Shown in pieces: positions 1 to 11,500 of a stretch of 64,000 bases of DNA. The position numbers were made by a program, and so were the translations under genes. Origin of the DNA: the human T2T-CHM13v2.0 reference genome, Homo sapiens. Numbering within the stretch: the stretch's first letter is position 1; each line of letters starts with the position of its first letter. Where the stretch lies: the NCBI RefSeq assembly GCF_009914755.1, contig NC_060948.1. The stretch is one strand, 5' to 3'. Under the pieces are notes generated by a model. That model had not been told where the DNA came from. It did not search any database and saw only the letters and a list, made by a program, of their open reading frames with translations.

Positions 1-446
1 TCTAGATGACAAATGCTATTTATCAAAATAGATTAGCCCTAGACTACTTGCTAGCAGCTGAAGGAGCAGTCTGTGGAAAATTTAACCTAGTCAATGGCTG
101 TCCGCATATAGAAGATCAAGGAAAAATGTCAAAAATATAATCAGAGATATGACAAAGCTGGCACATGTTTTTATACAGGTTTTACATGGGTTTGATCCTG
201 GATTAGTATTTGGAAAATGGTATCCCAGCACTAGGAAGATTTAAAACTATTGTAATAAGAATAACAATAGAAATAGGAACTGGCTTGTTGTTCTCCTACT
301 TGCTGCCCATGCTCCTTCAAATAATGAGAAAGTCTGTTACTGACTTTGTCCACCAAAGTGCTTCAGAACAAGTATGTTACATGAATCCATATCAATCTGT
401 CTTGCAGGAAGACCCAGGTACTGAGGATGATAAGTACTCCCACTAA
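1..446 (+). pseudogene. env: Decayed ERV1 (HERV-E/Harlequin-class) env, transmembrane subunit C-terminal part; frameshifted and truncated by the window start
   Basis: Translation from nt 6 gives [39 protein letters not shown], i.e. the immunosuppressive domain plus a degenerate CX6CC motif. A TM-anchor-like hydrophobic stretch follows (ORF 210..446). It ends just before a polypurine tract. Confidence 0.9.
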
Positions 447-460
447 TAAGTGAGATCCTC

Positions 461-471
461 AAAGGGGGTAA
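461..471 (+). other. Retroviral polypurine tract
   Basis: AAAGGGGGTAA lies between the env stop and the LTR start. Confidence 0.75.
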
Positions 472-915
472 TAAGGAAAGAGACCACCTTTCTTATTGTC
501 TCATAACTCAGAAAAAGAAAGAGAAAGCAAAAGCTAAAGAAAGGCAGAAATGAGATCAATAGTAAGAGAGTCCAGTGCCACAGCCCAGGCCTGCTAGTTA
601 AAAATCAGCCCCTGACCTAAACATTTGTATTATCTATAGATTTCAGACCTTGTATGAGAAAGGGATGTGAAACTTTCTGTGCTGTCCTGATTACCAATGC
701 ATGGAGCCCAGCCACATTGTCCATGCTGGCCCAATCTATCACGACCCTTTCAAGTGGGCTCACTTAGAGGTGTAAGCCTTTTAAAGGGGCAAGAAACTCT
801 CTCTCAGGAAGCTCAGTTTTTGAAATGCAATCTGCCCAAACTCCCAGCAGAATAAAGACACTTCCTTATTTAACTAGGTGTCTGAAGGGTTTTGTCTGCA
901 GCTCATCCTGCTACA
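472..915 (+). mobile_element. 3' LTR of an HERV-E/Harlequin provirus (LTR2-like)
   Basis: Starts TAAGGAAAGAGACCACC and ends GTTTTGTCTGCAGCTCATCCTGCTACA, resembling LTR2 termini. It has a TATA-like TTTTAAAG at ~779-786 and AATAAA at 851-856, and follows the PPT. Confidence 0.85.
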
Positions 916-3032
916 GTAGAAGAAGTACACCAATGTGCAAGTAATATTTTTAGTGCAAATAGCAGCTAACCAGGAAAACTCCTGATTTATGGGCTTTCAT
1001 ACCTGGAGTGAAATGGGAGTGGAATGGATTGATGCTGTGTGGGATGTGGCCTCCACACTTGTCTCTTCTTTCCCTGCCTTCCATTTTCCTCCTCAGCCTA
1101 GGGTTTCCTGGGTCTGGCTCAAAGACTTCCACAGTAAACGTTTCCCAATTCAATGAGAATGACTCTCATTGTGAGTGTTTCTTTCTAAGCTTTGTCTCGT
1201 TTTAATGACAGGGCAGCTGTGATACTTATAAAACCATAAAATGTCATTAGAGACTCCAACAAAGATACTTTTCTTCTTTCACTTCTATTGGAGGGTTGCA
1301 TGATTCTTGTAGCATAAGAAGCTGGTAGCCTTGTCTAGCATTTGCCTGGTAATCTAGCTTCTGTTTCATTTCATATGCACAGCCTTCTAATTGTGGAGGT
1401 GTGGTTTCATTGTGCTGCTACTGGATTGGACTGCCTCTCAGAACAGATTAATTAGCTGCCAGGTATTTCAGAGAGCAAAAAGACTTTGGCTAAGCTGGCT
1501 GTGGTCGAAGTTGTTGGTCATTGTTTTGTTGTGGGAACTGAGTTTGGTTGCACTTTGCAGGAGGAACTGAGTTTAGTTACACTTTGCAGGAGGCTTTAGG
1601 GTCTTCTGTCAGGAATCATTGAACATTGGTTGGACTCCAGCCCAAGGCAGCTCATTCTCTCAGGTGAGCCTTAATTTTTCCTTACTTTCATGGGGAATCC
1701 ACAGTGCCCTTCAACAGCATTACTTGGCATACTTTACTGGCTTGCCATCAGTGCAGACAGCCTTGGAGATGCTGTCTCAATCTTATATGCACCTGTGAGA
1801 GGCCAGTCCAAGGTGTGAAAACACTGCTCCACATTGAACTTCCCTTTGTTGTGATTCCTGCCTTTTCCAGACAGCACCTCTGAGGCCCTGGATGAAGGAA
1901 GGCAGTAACAACAGCAGTCCTGCCATCTTTCATTTACACCCACCTTTGGGGTCTTACCTATGTTTCTATCAGTGAAAGAACCCTCAAAAACACACCAGAC
2001 TATATTCCAATTCCCGTGGGACTCAATTCTTGCACAGAGTATCTTTCCAGAATGAAGTCAGAGGAGCAGTTTCCAGCAGCCACCTCACAATCTCAAAATG
2101 CCTCCTCCTCCATCGGAAACTGACCACGGAGACAACAGAAGGGGTCATGAGGTTGAGACTTTTATGGCTCCACTCTGAGTTTTCATAGGGAGCCTTTCTC
2201 CCAATACCAGACAAGCACTGCCTGTATGATTTTTCTCTGCTTAGGCATGCTGACAGGTCAGAGAGCTGGCTCTAGAGTCGGCATCAGGAATGCACCTGCC
2301 CTAGTCTCAGGGCACCAGGCTTGATTGTGAGCTGTTGCCTAGCAACAAGTCCCTGTGGCTCGCTGGATGAGACCTCCGTGGAGATGCATCAGTGGTGGAC
2401 TCTTATCTGTCTTCTCTGTGGGATCCACAATATAGTCCCATGATTTTAGGAAAGGGGAGATGTAAGCCAGCCTAAGGAAAGGTCAAGCATAGCCCCAGGA
2501 ATAAATCAAGAAATACCTAAGAATCCAAAAAGATCTGCAGGGTTCCTCAGGTCTGCCTACAATTTGTAGTGGTGAGCCTTTTTGCAACTTGCCCAACTGT
2601 GATTACTAGGTACAGCACACGAGTGTAACCAGGTGATGCTCTCTCCTAGGTGGGGCTTCCTGTAGAATTATGCAGTCTCTGGAACTGCTGAACTGTGTGT
2701 TTCTGTGCAAGTGTTGTGAATGTTGGATGTCTGCTTGTATGTGTGAGTGTGTGTGTGTACGCATGCCTGTAAGTGAAGTCTGCTTAAAGGAAGGTGGCTA
2801 ACACACCAGCACTTCTTTTGTTTTTTGAGTCTCCCAACCTTTTGGTGTCCTGTCTGTGTGGCTCAGCTTTGGTTAAGGGGCTCTGTGTTCCTTATTTTTC
2901 TGTGGATCATGAATCCACAGTGAATACAGAGGCTGGCTGAGACCCGCAGTCAGCCAAAACACCTTCCACTGAAAAAAAAAGAAAAAAGAAAAAGAAAAAG
3001 AAAAAAAAGCCAGTCTTCTGAAAAGAAGACTA

Positions 3033-3077
3033 GCACACTACACACACACACACACACACACACAGACACACACACAT
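3033..3077. repeat. (CA)n microsatellite, expanded only in this monomer
   Basis: CACACTACACACACAC... occurs where other monomers have only CACACCACACC. Confidence 0.8.
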
Positions 3078-5080
3078 AAAAAATAAATAAATAAGACATC
3101 TCCCAGTGTTTCACTGTCCTGCAGCCAACCAAGGAAGAGACATGAGCAGTCCTGTCCCCAGGGCCTTTTGAATTTAACTTGAATTCTGTTGCAACTGAGC
3201 AGGTGCTTCATGTCATGAGAGGGTAATCCCCCATCATCTTGGGATTTCATCATGAGATGTAGAGTAGGAGCAGCAATAGGTCAGATAGAGGTGAGGACAC
3301 AATGTGGTGAGGGGTGGATGCTGTACCACAACTTCACCTACAAAAAAAATAAAGACAGATGATACAGAAGGTGCTTCCAACTCCATTTTCACATTCCCTT
3401 AATTAAACAATTAGTCTACACCATGGGCCTAGTGTTCAGGTGGGAGGACTCCAACATGCAAGGAGCATTTCTAGTGCAAACTGGGGCCATCCAGGCAAAC
3501 TCCTGATTTGAGGGCTTTCACACCTGGAGCCAAATAGGAGTGGAATCAATTGATGCTGGTTGGGATGTGGCCTCCAAACTTGCCTCTTCTTTTCTTGACT
3601 TCCATGTTCCTTGTTGGTCTAGTGTTTCCTGGGTCTGGCTCAATGACTTCCACACTAAACGTTTCCCAGTTCATGGCTTACAAACCTCTTCAGAATACAT
3701 TCCATGATTGTTTTCTTGTAAAAACTCTCAAATTGTAATGATTGGGAAATTATGATACTTTTAAAAGCATAAATTCTCATTAACAGTACCAACAAGGAAA
3801 GTTATTATTTTGCTTCTATCGGAGGGCTGCATGATTCCTGTAGAATGAGAAGCAGGCAGCAAAGTCTGGCTTTTGCCTGGTAATATAGTCTCTGTTTTAT
3901 TTCATCTGCATGGCTCTCTTATTTTGGAGGGTCTTTTTCATTGGTCTGTTGCTGTATGAAACTGCCTCTCACTACAGATAATTTAGCTTCCAGGTATTTC
4001 AGAGAACAAAACAGACTTCATCTGGGCTGGCTGCACTCCAGGTTGTGGGCCATTGTTTCATTGTGGGGGATAAGGCGGTTTGCACTTTACATGAGGCTAT
4101 TGAATCTTCTGACAGGAATCATTGACTATTGCTTGGACTCCAGCACAAGGCAGCTTCTTCTCTCAGGCTAGCCTTGATTTCTTTTCTTTTCTTTTTTCTT
4201 TTTTTCAGAGTCTCCTAACCTTTGGGTGACCTGTGTTTCTCTACTTAAGCTGTGGAACTCTGTGTTCTTTATTTTTCTGTGAGTCATGAATCTGCAGTTA
4301 ATTGGGAGGCTGGCTGAGACATACCACTGTCCAAATCACATCTCCCTGTAAAAAAAGAGAGAGAAAAAAAGCCACTCTTTTAGAAAGAAGATAAGCATGT
4401 CACACCCAAGAACTTACATCTCTCTGTGTTTCATTGCTCTGTGGCAAATCCAGGGAGAGACAATAGCAGTCCTGTTTGCAAAGACCCTTAAATTTACCTA
4501 AATTCAGTTCCCATGCAAGCAGGTCCTTCACATCATGAAGGGGATCTCCTCCATCGCCTTGTGTTTTCATTGTGGGACATAAAGTGTGAGCAGCAATAAG
4601 GTCAGATGGGGTAAGGATACAATCTGGTGAGGGTAGGTGTAGTCCCACACATTAAACTGTAAATAAGGTGAAGACAGCTGATTCAGAAGGTTCTTCCAAC
4701 TGCATTCCTGCATTCCCTTGATTTCACAAGTAACCACACCATGGCTCGGTGTTCATGAGGAAGTACTCCAACATGCAGGGAACGTTTGGAGTGCAAACTG
4801 GGGCCATCCTAGCTAACTCCCGATTTCAGGGCTTTCATTCCTGGAGCCAGATGGGAGTGGGATGGACTGATGCTCGGTGGGATGTGGTATCCACACTTTC
4901 CTCTTCTTTTCTTGACTTCCATGTTCTTTGTCAGCCTACGGTATCCTGGGTTTCACTCAACAACTTTCACACTAAATGTTTCCCACTTCCTGGAGGTTGA
5001 CACCCAGGGGAATCAATTGTGTGAGTGTTTCCTTTTAAACACTGTCATGTTTTAGTGACTGGGAAGCTTTGATTTTTTAA

Positions 5081-5501
<421 letters not shown>

Positions 5502-8500
5502 CCTGTTCTCCCACTTCTATTGAAAGACTGCTTGATTCCTGCAGGATGAGAAGCAGCGAACCCTGTCTGGATTTGCCTGAAAATCAAGGCTTATTTCACT
5601 TCATCTTCATGTCCTTTCTCATTGTGGAGGGGCTCTTTCATTAAGCTTTTGTTGGACAGGAGTTCCCCCATCAACAGTTCTTTTGGCTGCCAGGGATTTC
5701 AGGTAGCAAAAGGGACCATGGGTAGGTTGTCTGTTCTCCCAGTGGTGTGTTGTGAACTTATTGTGGTGGTTCAGGTTGTTTGCACTTTGCAGAAGATTTC
5801 TGGGTCCTGTAGCATGAATCTTTGAATGTTTCTGGGACTCCAGGACAATTCAGTTTGTTCTCATAGGTGAGCCTTGACTTTTCTTTGTTTTCATGTAGGT
5901 TCCTAATTGCACCATGACAGCATTTCTGACATCTTTTTCAGGCTTTCAATCACCACAGATGGCTTCTGCAACACTATGTCCATCTCTTCTGCACACGTCA
6001 GAGACAAGTTTGAGGTATGGGAACACTGCTCCACCTAGCACTTGCATTTGTCATGGTTTCCGCCATTTCCAGAGAGCCCGTGTGAGGCCAAGGATGAAGG
6101 GAGGCAGTGAGGTCAAGGGTATGTCCATGATATTTTGACACTCACCTCTAGGGTCTCAGGTATGATTACATCACTCAAAGACCCTTTCAACAACTCACTA
6201 GACTGCATTCCAATCCCCACTGGACCCAATTCCTGCACTCAGCCCCTTTCAGGAATGGAGTCAGAAAAGTAGTTTCCAGTGACCACCTCACAGTCTCAAA
6301 AGTCCTCTTCCTGCAGCAGAATCTGACCACAGAGACAGTTTTAAAAGTCCCTAAAGTTTAGAAATATAGGGTACCACAGTGGGTAACTGCAGGCAGCCTC
6401 TTCCCAAATACCTAGCCACCTCTACCTGTTCCTCTTTCCTTAGCTTAGTCAGGCAGACAGCTCTTATAGCTGGGCACACAAACCTGACTCCTGAATGCAC
6501 ACACAGTAATCTCAGGGAACCAAGCCTCAGCTGTGAGTTCTGGCTAGCCTCATAATGCATGCCACCATTGCCTAATGACAAGTCCCTGTTTGGCAGAGGA
6601 GACCTTCGTGGAGGTGCATCGGTGGTATACTCTTGCCTGTCTTCTCTGTGGGATCCATGGGAGAGTCCCATGATCCTAGAAGCAGGCAGACTTGAGCCAT
6701 CCTCAAGAAATTTCAAGCATAGCCCCAGGAATAAACCATGAAAGCCCTAAGGGTCCAAAAGGATCTGCGGAATGACTCTTGGGCTGGCTTGATATTGGAG
6801 AGATGAGTCTTTCTGAAACTTGCCCCTCTGTGATTTCTAGGTACAGCCCGCCTGTGCTCCCAAGGATTGTTCTCTCCCAGATCGTGCTTCCTGCAGAACC
6901 ACACAGCCTGAGAAACTGCTGGGCTGCGTGTTTCTGTGAATGTTTCAAGTGTTGAATTTCTGCATGTGGGTGTGGATTTGTGTTTCTGTGTGTGTGTGTT
7001 TGTGTGTGCTTGTAAGTGGAGTCTGCTTAAAGAAATGTGGATAACCCACTGCAGCTCTTTTTTTTTTTGAGTCTTTCAATCCTTTGGTGGCCTGTCCACA
7101 TGGCTCCACTTTGGCTGCGTGGCTCCATGTTCTTTATTTTTCTGTGGATCATAAATTTGCAGTCAATTGGGAGGCTGGCTGAGACATGCCGTGGTTCAAA
7201 TCACCTCTTCCTGCAAAAAAAGCCACTTTTCTAGAAAGCAGAGGAGAACACCACACCCAAGAACAGACATCTCCCAGAGTTTCACTAGCCTGTGGACAAC
7301 CCAGGGAAAGACACTGGCAGTGTTTTCCTCAGATCCCCTCACATTTACCCTGAATTTGGTTCCCAGCCAAGCAGGTGCTTCACATCATCAGGGGACATTC
7401 TTTTATGGTCTTGGGATTTCATTCTAGCACAAAGAATATGAGAAGCAATGAGGTCAGATAGGGGTGAGAAGACAATCTTTCACTGATGCCCACCTCTGGG
7501 GTGTCAGGTATGATTCTATCACCCAAAGACCCCTCCTCAACTAACCAGACTACATTCCAATCACCATGGGACCCAATCCTTGTACACAATCTCTTTGGGA
7601 AATGGAGTCAGAAGAGCAGTTATCCATGACCACCTCATAGTCTTGAAATGCCTCCTCCTTCAGCAGGACCCAAACACAAAGATGGCCTGTGTGGCCCTAA
7701 GGTCAAAACATTTAGGGTTTTGCAGTGGGTAATTGCAGGCAGCCTACCTCCCAACACCAGGGTGGCTCTGCCTGTACCATTTTCCTCTGCTTAGGTAAGC
7801 TGACAACTCTGACAGCCAGGCTCTTGAGTTTGCCCACAAATAGGCATGATCTGGACTCAGGGCACCAGGCATGAATGTGAGCTCTTGCTAACATCACAAT
7901 GAATGTCACCGTTGCCTAGCGACAAGTCCCTGGGGCTTGGCAGAAAAGATATTTGTGGAGGTGCTTCAGCGGCGGACTCTTACCTGTCTTCTCTGTGAGA
8001 TCCATGGCATAGTCCCATTACTCGAGGAGAGGGCAGATGTGAGCCAGCCAGAAGAAATGTTAAGCAAAGCCCTAGGAATAAACCGCAAAATTCCCAGAGA
8101 TCCAAAAGGATCTGCAGGATTTATCAGGCATGCCTATACGTTCTAGGGGTGAGTCTTTTTGAAAGTTGCCCCACTGTGATTTCTAGCTACAGCCCAGCTG
8201 TGTTTCCCCAAGTTCCTCTCTTCCAGGTGGGGCTTTCTGCAGAACCACACAGCCTCAGGATATGCCAGGCTGTGTGTTTCTGTGGGAGTGCTGCGAGTGT
8301 TGGATGTCTTCCTGTGTGTATGGCATTGTGTGTTAAAGTGTGTGTGTTGACTGTAAGTGGAGTCTGCTTAAGGAAATGTAGCTAACACAGTTCAGCCCTT
8401 GCTTTTGGAGTCTCAAAACCTTTTGTTTGCCTGTGTGTATGGCTCTGCTTGGGCTGTGGGACAACGTGTTCTTTATTTTTTAGGTGGATCATAAATCTGC

Positions 8501-11500
8501 AGTGAATTGGGAGACGTGCTGAGACCTGGCGGCATTCAAATTATCAACCCATGCCAAGAAAGCCACTCTTCTAGAAAGAAGGGGGGTACACCAGAGAAAA
8601 AAAAATCCCAGTGTTTCATTGTCATGAGGCTAAGCCAGGAAGAGACACTACAGTCTTGTCTGCAGAGCACCTTAAATTTATCTGTAATTCGGTTCCCAGC
8701 TGAGCAGGTGCTTTATTTTACGAGACGGCACTCCTCCATTGTTTTGGGATTTTACCCTGGGAAATAGAATGTAAGCAGCAATATCCCATAGAGGTGAGGA
8801 TGCAATCTGATGAGGGGTGGATGTTGTCTCACAATTTCACCTGCAAAAAAAAAAAAAAAGAAGAAGAAGACAAATACCACAGAAGTTTCTTTCAACACCA
8901 TCCTCAGATTCCTTTAATTGCAAAAGCAGTCCATAACATAGCCTGGTGTTCAACTGGGACTACTCCAGAGTGCAAGGAATATTTAGAGTGCAAATTAGAG
9001 CCATCCTTTCATACCTGAAGCCAAAAGGAAGTGGAATAGATTGATGCTTATTAGGATGTAACCTCCACACTTGCCTCTTCCTTTTCTGACTTTCATGTTC
9101 CTCATCATCCTGGGTTTTCCTGAGTCTAGCTCAGCAACTTCCATAGTAAATGTTTCCCCACTGACTGAGAACGACTCTCATGGGAATCCATCGTGTAAAT
9201 GTTTCCTTCTAAACACTGTCATGTTTTAATGACTAGGCAACTTTGATAATTTTAAAATTCTAAATTCCCTTTACAGCCACCAACAAGGAAACTCTTGTTC
9301 TCCTGCTTCTATAGGAGGGCTGCATGATTCCTGCAGAGAGAGAAGCATGTAGCATTGTCTGACTTTTGCCTGGTAATCTAGCCTCTGTGTCATTTTATCT
9401 GCATGACATTCTCATTGTGGAGGGTTTCTTTAAATGGGCCATTGCTGGATTGGACTGCCTTTTGCCACAGATTGTTTAGCTACCAGGGATTTCTGAGAGC
9501 AAAGCGGACTTCGGGTCAGCTGGCTACACTCTAGGTTGTGGGTCATTTCCTCCCTCTGGGGGCTGAGGTTGTTTGCACTTTGTAGGATTCTTTTGGGTCC
9601 TCTGCCAGGAATCATTGAACATTGCTTGGACTCCAGCAGAAGGTAGTTTGTTCTTTCAGGTGAGACTTGATTTTTCTTTGCTTTCATGGGGAATCCACAG
9701 TACCCATCAACAGCACAACTGGACACATTTTTGTCAGCTTGCCAGCACCACACACCCCCTTTAAGAAACTGTTTTAACCTCATGTGCAAACTGGAGAGGC
9801 CAGTCCGAGGTGTGAGAACACTCTCCACGTTGGACTTGGCTTTGTCGTGGTTCCTACCTTTACCATAAAGCCCCAGATGAATGGAAGAACTGAGGTCAAG
9901 AGTTTGGCCATCTTTGACTGACAGCCATCTCTGAGGTCTCAGCTATGATTATATCACCCAAAGAACCCTTGAAAACACACCAGATTATATTCCAATCCCC
10001 ATGGACCAGATTCTGGTACACAGCCTTCTTCATGAGTGGAGTCAGAAAAGCAGTTTCCAGCAACCCCCGCACAATGTCGAAAAGCCTTCTCTTCCAGCAG
10101 GACCAAACCACAGGATGGCCGATGTGTCCTTGACGTCAAGACTTTTAGGGTCTGACCATGGGTTTTCACATGGAACCTTTTTTTCTGATACAAGGACAGC
10201 TCTGCCTATACCATTTTCCTCTGCTTAGGCAGGCTGACGGCTCTGACAGCCGGATGCTCAAACCTGTGTCATGAATGCGCATGCACCAGTCTCTGGTCAC
10301 GAGGCCTGATTGTGAGCTCTGTCTAGCGACACAATGAATGACACAGTTGCCTAGTAAAAAGTCCCTGCAGCTTGGCAGAGAAGACATCCGTGGAGGTGCA
10401 TTGGTGGTGGGCTCTCGCGTGTCTTCTCTGTGGTATCCATGGGAATGTCCCATGATCTTAGGATATGACAGATGTGAGTCAGGCTGAAGAAACATCAAGC
10501 ACCCCCCCAGGAATGAACCGCAAAATGCCTAAGCATCCAAAAATAATCCGCAGGATTCCTCAGGCCAGCCTACACACTGTAGGGGTGTCTTTTTGAAATT
10601 TCTCACATTGTGATTTCCAGGTACAGCCCACCTGTGTTCCCTGGGGTGTTCTCTTTCAGGTGGGGCTTCCTGCAGAACCACGCAGCCTCATGAGCTGCAG
10701 AGCTGTGTGTTTCTGTAGGAGTGTTGTGAGTGTTGGATGTCTGAGTGTGTGTGGCTTTGTGTGTGTGTGTGTCTGTGTGTGTGTGCACCTGTAAGTAAAG
10801 TCTTACAAAAATGTGGCTAAAGAACATCAGCACTTCATTTTTTTTTGTCACCCAGCCTTTTGTTTGCCTGTCGTGTGCCTCTGCTTGGGCTGCAGAGGTC
10901 CATGTTCTTTACGTTTTCATGGATAATGAATCTGGAGTGAATTAGGAGGCAGCCCAAGACCGTCAGTGTCAAAATCATTTCCCTCTGGAAAAAAAAAAAA
11001 AATCACTCTTCTAGAAAAAAGAGGAGACAACCATAGCAAGAAAATGGATATCTCATAGTGTGTAATTGTCCTGTGGCCAACCCAGAAAAAGACACTAACA
11101 GGCGTGTTGGTAGGGCAAGTTGAATTTACCTCGAATTCAGTATCCCACCGAGCAGGTGCTTCATGTCATGAGGAGGAGTGCCTCTATTGTCTTGGGATTT
11201 GATCCTAGGGCATAGAGTGTGAGCAGCAATAAGGTCATAAAGGGGTGAAGATACAGTCTGGTAAGGCATGGATGGGGTTCCGTAACTTCACCTCCAAAAA
11301 TGATAATAACAATAAAGAGAGATTACACAGATGGTGCTTCCAACTCCATCCCCACCTTCCCTTTATTGTACTAGCAGTCCACACCGTGGCCCAGTGTTCA
11401 AGTGGCAGTTCTCCAATGTGAAAGAAACATTTGGAATGCAAACTGGGTCCATACTGACAAATTCCAGATTTGAGGGCTTACATACCTGGAGCCAAATAGG

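Noticed and set aside
2095-2115. PRDM9 hotspot motif in the CCTCCTCCTCC tract of each monomer
   Set aside because: It does not match CCNCCNTNNCCNC (position 7 is C). A matrix scan would be needed to claim anything.
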